NCBI GenBank assembly: GCA_024704765.1
Contig: JAKMXF010000066.1
Coordinates: forward strand, 565,854-629,853
DNA length: 64,000 nt
Direction of reading: 5' to 3'
From: Oopsacas minuta
Lineage: Eukaryota > Animalia > Porifera
A program made the position numbers and the translations under genes. The first letter of the stretch is position 1. Each line of letters begins with the position of its first letter. Below are positions 55,498 to 64,000 of this stretch, in pieces. The notes below the pieces were generated by a model. The model saw nothing but the letters and a program-made list of their open reading frames with translations, ran no database searches and was not told the origin of the DNA.

Positions 55498-55864
55498 CCT
55501 GGAGTGTATCTGATATGTAGTATCTGTTTTATTATATATATATCGTGACAAACTCAACCTTTTGCGAAAGGAGCCTATAGAATTGTGTATTCAATCTCCA
55601 AACAGCTGATTTTTAGTTTGTACTATTTTAATATTAGTTAAGGACTTAATTATCTTCATACATCACATATACGTACATACTCTGTGTTTGGATTTCTGTG
55701 TTAGCCTTGTATAGTTAGTTTTTCTACACACAATTGTTATAGCTATTATTTATTGGATTTTCGTATAGGGTAGTGGTCCACGGAGGACAGCAGGGGGTCC
55801 ACAGTAAGCGTAAAAATTGGTATAGGGGTGCACTGGTGATAATGTTAGGAATATCTACTAAATA

Positions 55865-55933
55865 CAGTCAACCCTCTTTATAGTGAACACCCTCGGGACC
55901 GAATATTTGGTTCACTATTTGGAGGTTTCATTG
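55865..55933. mobile_element. MITE, third TA-flanked TIR type
   Basis: TA|CAGTCAACCCTCTTTATAGTGAAC...GTTCACTATTTGGAGGTTTCATTG|TA; only one copy seen. Confidence 0.55.
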
Positions 55934-56235
55934 TATGCTAATTAATATGATGTAAGCGTTAATATGTCTATTAATAAAGTTTGTAAGTATTTTTAGTGTA
56001 TTTAATATCTTTCTATTTATATATTATTGCGTATTATTGAATTCCTTGCTCAACCCTTCGCATATAAATGGCTTAAACTTATTCAAATGTCTGCACGACA
56101 ACGCGAATCTGCCATAGTTATTTGATTAATACTTTGTGAAACAGCAGAATGCTACTTGTTATGCTGACATTATTCATTGGTATAAATATTATCAGAGTAA
56201 TTATCAATATAGTATATAGTTTGTATTTGAATACA

Positions 56236-58196
56236 ATGGCAGAAGGGGATTCTAATAACACTAACGGATCAGTAGATAGAGAAATCACTGAAGGTAATGT
56301 ACAGAATGTAACTCCATGGACAGCTACGACCGGATCAGAAGCTACATTTGATTACCAAAGACTTATAAAACAGTTTGGTACTACACCAGTTGATGAGGAG
56401 CTTATAAAGAAGTATGAGAGAATAACTGGAAAGAAAGCACATCATCTTATACGTAGAAATGTGTTCTTTTCTCATAGGTAATATCCAGCTGAATTTATCA
56501 GTTACTTAATAGTTTGCTGGTATAGTTGTATTCCCAGTTTCTGCCAAAAAATTCCCCGTTTTTGGGGGTTTCCATGTATTTTTGTTTTATTGTATATTTA
56601 TTAGATCCCTTGATGATATTTTGGATCTATACGAGAAGAAACAACCATTCTATCTGTATACAGGGAGAGGACCTTCTTCAGAGAGTATGCATCTAGGTCA
56701 TCTCATTCCTTTCATGTTTACCAAGTAAATAATCGTTTGTATTATACAGTCTACTCCGTTATATAGAAATACCCGCTATATCAAATTAATTATCGCGGTC
56801 CCTTGAGCTTCAATATAACGGGAATTGATATGACTGTATTTCTGAATTGATATTCTAAATAATCCAATTCATTAGACATCTACAAGACATATTCGATGTT
56901 CCTCTGGTAATACAGCTAACTGATGACGAGAAGTTTCTATGGAGAGATCTAACACTAGAGGAAGCTCACCACATGGCTATAGAGAATGCTAAAGAGATCA
57001 TTTCCATAGGTTTTGATATTAATAAAACATTCATATTCACAGATCTTAACTACATAGCTCAATCAAGAGAATTCCTATCTAATGTACTCAAAATACAAAA
57101 GTGTGTTAATCTTAATCAGGCTAAGAAAGTGTTTGGATTTGAGGACACAGATAATATTGGTAAGATACAGTAGAGGTTCATTTAATGAGATTAGGAATTC
57201 GTCAGTAGCTACATGTTTGAATGAATAACTGATCTATTGTTTGTAGGTAAAGTAGGCTATCCAGCTGTCCAAGCTGCTACAGCTTTCTCTAACTCATTTC
57301 CCTTCATATTCGGAGGAAGACCTGATATTTCATGTCTCATTCCTTGTGCTATCGATCAGGTAAGTACTGTAGAAGCCGGTTATAAGAACTTGTATTGCTA
57401 CTGCCAATGAGTGTATAATTACATTAAAGAACTTAATACAATTCCTATAGAGACATTAGTTGTATTGTATTCTAATAGGATCCATTCTTTCGTGTAACCA
57501 GAGATGTAGCACCAAGACTTGGCTACCAAAAGCCCTCTACCTTCTACTCCTCATTCTTCCCAGGACTAGAAGGTCCGGGTAGTAAGATGAGTGCTAGTAT
57601 ACCGACATCTTCCATATTTCTATCTGATTCTCCTAAAACTATAAAAGATAAGGTCAGTCAAATATACATATAATACAAATATCCATTCGTATATCTTATT
57701 GTTGTTGTTGTTGATAGATAAACAAGCACGCATTTTCAGGAGGTAAAGACACAATAGAAGAACACAGAAAGCTAGGAGGAGATACTACAGTAGATATATC
57801 TTATCAATATTTGACATTCTTCCTTGAAGATGATGAAGCTTTAGCTAAAATTAAGAAGGTTAGACTTGTTACTGGATAGTGTATAGTGTAACCTCCACAG
57901 ACGGAGCCTGTTGGAATATACAATTTGTTAGTTTATCCTAACTTATCAGAAATTCTGTCGGTTAATCGCCTGAACCAAACTTTAGACAACTATTTTACAT
58001 GGAAATTTCTTGTTAATAGGATTATGAAAGTGGTGAACTACTCACTGGTTATTTGAAGAAAGAGCTGATCTCTATTCTACAAAAGATTATTAAAGATATT
58101 CAAGATAGAAAAGCTACTATCACAGATGAAGTGGTCCAAGAATTCATGAAGCCAAGGCCTCTGAATTTTAAATTCATGTCAACAAACATAAAGTAG
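56236..58196 (+). CDS. WARS1: Cytoplasmic tryptophanyl-tRNA synthetase, multi-exon
   Basis: [54 protein letters not shown]. Confidence 0.93.
56747..56836. mobile_element. MITE family A copy in a WARS1 intron
   Basis: TA|CAGTCTACTCCGTTATAT...ATATAACGGGAATTGATATGACTG|TA. Confidence 0.7.
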
Positions 58197-58337
58197 TCAA
58201 TTATGTATATTTGTTAGATCAGTATTGCTGTAGTATTATTGCATACAATCAATGTGTTAGCAAACAAGAATTATCATTCACTGTTCATTTATAGCGGATA
58301 ATGGGACTCGTATTCTCGCTAAAAGCTTTACATACTA

Positions 58338-58475
58338 CAGTGTAACCTCCACGAATGGGGCTTGTGAAAGCAGAGTGAAAAATAAAGACAAATTCCTTTC
58401 TCTTACAAATGACCCTCCACAAAACAGGCTAGCATTTTCGGCGTCTTTGGCAACCCGTTTGTGGAGGTCACACTG
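58338..58475. mobile_element. MITE family B copy between WARS1 and HACD3
   Basis: TA|CAGTGTAACCTCCACG...TTTGTGGAGGTCACACTG|TA. Confidence 0.8.
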
Positions 58476-58545
58476 TATTTGATGAATAAATATTCCAGAA
58501 TTTAATGACTCTGGTTTCTAAATTAACTGTAGCTACACACATACT

Positions 58546-59846
58546 ATGACAGAAGTACTATTTCCAAGTGTGAAATGGTGTCAAAAGCTCCATTTCATTG
58601 CTCTTAGTGTCTATGTGAGTGAGTTTATCCCTGACAACATCAATATAACTAAATTATATATACAATTCTCTGGTACTGGTATTGGTGCTGCTGGGAGGAA
58701 CAAGTATGCATTCGAGATACACTTCTTCAAAGATATAGAGACAGAAAGTTAGTTAATTACAGTACCTCTCGTTATAACGAACATGGTTATATCAAAGTAA
58801 TTATCACGGTCCTTGAGCTTCGTTATAATGGGAGTCGACTGTAGATCAAGATTGTTGGTCTATAATTATGCTTGCAATTCTTGTATTTTCTAGGAATGCG
58901 TATGTTTACTTACGAGAATTACATCGAGTTTAGAATTCCCAAAGCTGAGGTAGAATCTTGGCCTCGACTGACACTAAAACCTGAGAAGCTCCACTGGCTA
59001 CAGACGGACTGGAGCAGAGCTACATTTGAAGATTCAGATCCTGAAAACGATCCTGAGAATTCTGAAGCTTCCATGCGTGATGAGCAAGACGATCAATTAA
59101 AGAAATTAATGAGTGATTTGTATAAAGATAAAGAGAATGAGATTGATGAAATGAAAGAGAATTTGGAACAGAACACAACCAAGACATACCTGATATGCTT
59201 CAACTCATTACTATGGTGTATGTTCTCGTATATTTTCGTTGTAACACTACGTATGTTATTTGTATACCAATCTGAAGCAGGACTACATTTATACTCATCA
59301 GTCATTAGCACGCTAATGATAGCAGAAGGTATTCAATTCATGGAGATTATACATGTATTGCTCGGCTGGTCTAAAGGAGATCTCACGAGTACTGTGTTTC
59401 AAAATGTTGGCAGATGGATAATACTGTTTATTGTAGTAATACCACATGAATCTGCTCATTCACTGCCTGCATTCACAATGGTTTGCTTTTGCTGGTCGGC
59501 TATTGAAGTAATACGATTTCCGTATTACATTCTACAGCTATTGAATCTTGATGTTGAAATGATGACATGGTTAAGATACACTGCATGGATACCATTATAC
59601 CCCACGGGAATGCTAAGTGAGATGTTAACTATACTGTTTACTTTACCTGAGATACATAAGGAAGGAAAGTTCGATCTTCCTCTCCCGAATAACTTCAATA
59701 TAAGCTTTAACATGAGTCTAGCTCTCCAATACTATGCGATAATTGTTACTTTAATATTCGGACCATATATGCTATATCATATGTACAAGCAAAGTTACAA
59801 GAAGTTAGGGTTGAATAAGAAGAAAGGCAAAGAGAAAGAAAATTAG
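58546..59846 (+). CDS. HACD3: Very-long-chain 3-hydroxyacyl-CoA dehydratase 3 (CS domain plus PTPLA), 2 exons
   Basis: CS-like PSVKWCQK...; WPRLT...WLQTDWSR; WSAIEVIRFPYY; WLRYTAWIPLYPTG; C-terminal KKGKEKEN. Confidence 0.88.
58760..58841. mobile_element. MITE family A copy in the HACD3 intron
   Basis: TA|CAGTACCTCTCGTTATAAC...GTTATAATGGGAGTCGACTG|TA. Confidence 0.7.
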
Positions 59847-59980
59847 ATATGAGAAAACTAGCAGTAATTATATTGCATTATCAGTATATTTGTTATAGGA
59901 AATGCTTTGTATTTTAGGGTAGAGCTTTTATTTAAAGTATTTGAGGTATATTGATTAGTAATTTATTTATTCATAGTTAT

Positions 59981-61207
59981 ATGGCCGGTAAGTCTGGACA
60001 CATAGGGTTCGAGCCGTTACCCTTACCTTACCCCTCTACTCCCGCGCCCCCCTACTCGTCGGTACAGAACACCTACTGGGATCTTTGTGGGGGCTACACA
60101 GTGATCCTAGAGGACAGCTGGAGGTTCTTTTGTGATCAGATGTATCAAGATTGGACATTTAAGAAACAAGAAAAGTTCCTTAAAATTGAGAATAGACAAT
60201 CAGATAAATATAGAGTTAAAGGTAATTAAATGACCCGCTATATGCTTATTAGTTATTTAACCATGGATGCTGGATTTAGTTTACCTGCTTGAGTGTTGTT
60301 CTAGATCATTTTGAGGCACTCCGGCTACTCCTCGCTTGATTAGAGAGGAATTTGTATATAGCATAAAATGAACGATATCCACCATCCATGGTTCAACAGC
60401 GATTAATTAATATTGAAGGGAAATTAATATAAATTCCTTCTACAGGATTACGTATGAGTGGAGAATTCGTGTCTAAGAACCCGACGGGATTTGGTTACGG
60501 CAGTACAATGGAGAATCTTAAGCATCAACTATTTGGCATAGAGTCATTTAAAGAAATGCCGTCTATCGATCCTAAGAGTGTTAAGTTAATAGAGCAACCA
60601 GGGATCAATACTAATGTACTGACGTATACAGAGAAGTACAGCTGGCCTATGAGCAGTAGAGAATACCTTACAGTAGAGCAAATTAAGGTTAATTGGAATT
60701 TAGTGTAGAGCTATATCCTCGAATAGTAGCACCATTTAATGATCGCCTCCCTCACTGAGGGGTGCAGCCAAATACCAACGGGGTATCTATGGAAACAGGG
60801 ACTTAACTTTTAATGTCACAGAAGCATATTAGGGGAGTTGGTGAATAGATTCATGCATATGATGATATGATTCATGGTATGTAGTATGTGAGTATATATT
60901 ACCGGCTACTATTCAAGGCAATAAGTTTATTAATGAATTTATATATTTCTAGAAAGATCCCATCACTGGTAACTTCATGATTATTGGAGCTCCTGTAACA
61001 GTAGCTAGCGTACCAGTTAAAGAAAAACCTATTAGAGCATTTCAAGAATATCTCTTTATTCTAGAAAATTCTAAACTGAATCCCAATAATGTGTTTGGGA
61101 CCTTCTATGTCTTCTTTGATATTTGTGGAGATATTTCTCCAGCTGATCAAGATTCTGGTATTGGGGAAATTGTCAAAATGTTCTTGGAACTCCCCAAATA
61201 CATATAG
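59981..61207 (+). CDS. START/SRPBCC-domain lipid-binding protein, about 3 exons
   Basis: Exons at about 59981-60221, 60445-60687 and 60951-61207; YSWPMSSREYL resembles the START WPxSxRD motif. Confidence 0.55.
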
Positions 61208-61345
61208 ATGATATTGTGTGAACATTTTGCAACGAAACAAACTATATATTTGTGTGTTCCCCCACCCTCATTGGAGTATATAATCTCGAAATATATTTAA
61301 TGAGTCAATATATACGTATATCGCTATAGCAACCAATTGTAAGAG

Positions 61346-61901
61346 TTAGAATGTTAGAACTCCAGCAGCATAGCTAACAGAACTATCTGACAGGTCTTTA
61401 ACTTGAGAAGACTGTGAGTAATGTAGAAATTTTAGTTTGCTGTTAGGAAGTATTCTTCTCGCACGAATACACTCAAAAGTCTAAAAATATAATAAATAAT
61501 AAATACAGTGCAACACCCACAAAAGAGGTAGCATTTTCGGCGTCCCTAGCACCTCTTTTGTGGAGGTTACGCTCTAATATATTATATGGACTACTGACAG
61601 GCTATTGTATTGTACTTACGTGTAACAATAGTGTAATTGGATTTCTACCACAAATAGTATTCCCGTATTGACTGAGATATTCAATGAAAGATTCAGCATT
61701 CAAACTCTCTATTATATCCATTCCCTATATTTATAATTATATAAGAATATTATAGATAATGTATTCAGTGTGTTTACCATCTTGTCAAGAGATTCTATTG
61801 ACTGATAAATATCTCCACATTTCTTATCATAGTAAGTAAAGCGAAATCTAGAACCTAGAAATCTGTATTATTATACCACAATTGTTATCTGACTGTCTTG
61901 C

Positions 61902-61968
<67 letters not shown>

Positions 61969-63079
61969 TTGTTTATTTGTTTGTTTGCTTATTTGTTTAT
62001 TTGTTTGTTTGTGGTTGGTTGTGGTTCAACAATGAATTACCCCAGTGACAGAAATCTGAAGATATCACAAACAAGTTATCAGGATTCTCTAAATAAGGAG
62101 ATAAGATCTTCCCATACTGTATACCCTTATCACCCTTCAGTTCTCCAACCATAATAGGAACTAATGTAAAGCTAGACTTCTTGCTATAGAATAATATATT
62201 ATAATTAATACGAAGGAGACATTTCTTAGAACAGTCAACTCCCGTGATATCTGTACAATATAATACTTCTATATAAACGGGTAATTGGATATAAAGTGAG
62301 TTAGCTGTATAATACCTTTCCATAACTTTAGCTATGAATGATAACTGCATTTCTATACTGTGTTCTTCCTCATCAACAGATAAATCTAATCTCTTAAATT
62401 CTCCAGTCTTAATTAATACATCAATTACTGAAGGAATATAAATGTCAATGCAAAGTTATAACTTAATTATGAATTAGTACCTTCTGTATCTATTTTTAGA
62501 TCGTATAAAGGTGTTTGGTATACTTCAGCAGGAGTAATCCCACAACCTGTAAGATACACGTGGTGAGATGGTCCTAGTATAAACACTCTCTTCCTATACA
62601 CAAACAAAATATATGGAATTGAAACTAAATAACAAAATGCACTTGTGTGAACTCAATAATTATACTCACACAGATTCTGGGATTATTTGTTTGAATGCGA
62701 ATGCTGCTGTAGCTCCACAGAAACGGTAGCCAGCATGACTTTATAGAGTTAAGGAAACAAACATAGAACAGCACATATACACAGTTTATCTTATGAATGA
62801 CATAATAAATCGGAGCAGAAATTACTTTCAAATAATTAAAAAACAGTCAACTCCTGTTAAATCAAAATACCCGCTTATTTCTAAGTAATTATTGCGGTTC
62901 CTATACTGTGAGTTGATAGGAGGATACGGTGATATAATAGCTCTAGCAGGAGACAGAGTTAATTCTGCTTGATTCAACCATTGAGTCAGCTCGTTATCAA
63001 GACTACGAGCATCTGATTGATACCAGCTCCCTGCATGTGTAGCTCTTCTACAGATTAGCTTACCTTCTCTACTTGCCAT
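61346..63079 (-). CDS. MEMO1: Protein MEMO1, multi-exon
   Basis: [10 protein letters not shown]; PHAGY; LGPSHH; [11 protein letters not shown]; NTICGRNPI; YSQSS...SSVSYAAG. Confidence 0.92.
61506..61574. mobile_element. MITE family B copy in the last MEMO1 intron
   Basis: TA|CAGTGCAACACCCACAAAAGAGG...CCTCTTTTGTGGAGGTTAC. Confidence 0.7.
61901..62010. repeat. Compound (GTCT)n/(GTTT)n microsatellite in a MEMO1 intron
   Basis: Read directly; source of the SVCL-repeat ORF at 61882. Confidence 0.93.
62232..62307. mobile_element. Degenerate MITE family A copy in a MEMO1 intron (another at about 62844-62916)
   Basis: CAGTCAACTCCCG...GAGTTAGCTG|TA. Confidence 0.6.
62739..62927 (-). other. MEMO1: U12-type (minor spliceosome) GT-AG intron, MEMO1 intron 1
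   Basis: Donor GTATCCTC; branch TTCCTTAAC at 62756-62748, ending 9 nt before the terminal G of AAG; splicing restores SP|HAGY. Confidence 0.8.
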
Positions 63080-63366
63080 TAAGCTACAGTATTATTATAC
63101 AGCGGATGTTGGTTATAAGAATATGTATTGCTACTCCCAGGGGCGACAACGGTCCATTCTCAATCAATAATATATAAATAATCATTTAGTGATTAATTAC
63201 AAACATTTCTAATCACACTATAATACAAATAACAACAATCATAAGCCAGTCAGAATTAAAGACAAGAATTTGTATATACAAATATACAATCAGTAAAATA
63301 ATACGTATCTCCTGACAGAGATCAAACTCTTGAGTGGGACAGGTATAGTAGAAATGAAAAGTCTAT

Positions 63367-64000
<634 letters not shown>

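Noticed and set aside
61882-62154. SVCL-repeat ORF
   Set aside because: Translation of a (GTCT)n tract antisense to a MEMO1 intron and exon.

Overview
AT-rich, gene-dense animal DNA with about 32 protein-coding genes and very short intergenic gaps. Long intronless CDSs (LRRK, GTF3C3, PGAP1) sit beside multi-exon housekeeping genes. The architecture suggests a sponge, possibly a hexactinellid; this is inference, not a database match. Conserved genes: SLC25A12/13, WSCD-like sulfotransferase, GTF3C3, RIIAD1, TADA2, SLC35B2, two GLUT-like transporters, UQCRC2, an LRRK1-like ROCO kinase, MTX2, PGAP1, AIDA, PP1, WARS1, HACD3, a START-domain gene, MEMO1 and a partial ArfGAP. Main observations: (1) four tandem intronless genes fuse a drebrin/Abp1-type ADF-H actin-binding domain to a Rab-like GTPase, next to two atypical stand-alone Rab-like genes; (2) a selenoprotein U missed by the ORF track, with an in-frame TGA in RRPGUxxC and a SECIS hairpin; (3) a four-member PH-adaptor family with a SKAP/AFAP1-like N-terminal helix; (4) YAG acceptors a few nt before most start codons, consistent with spliced-leader trans-splicing; (5) a U12-type intron in MEMO1; (6) TA-flanked MITE families and a Helitron-like insertion. 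No rRNA, tRNA or CRISPR array was recognised. Gene models and homologies were read by eye from recalled family motifs; no search was run.
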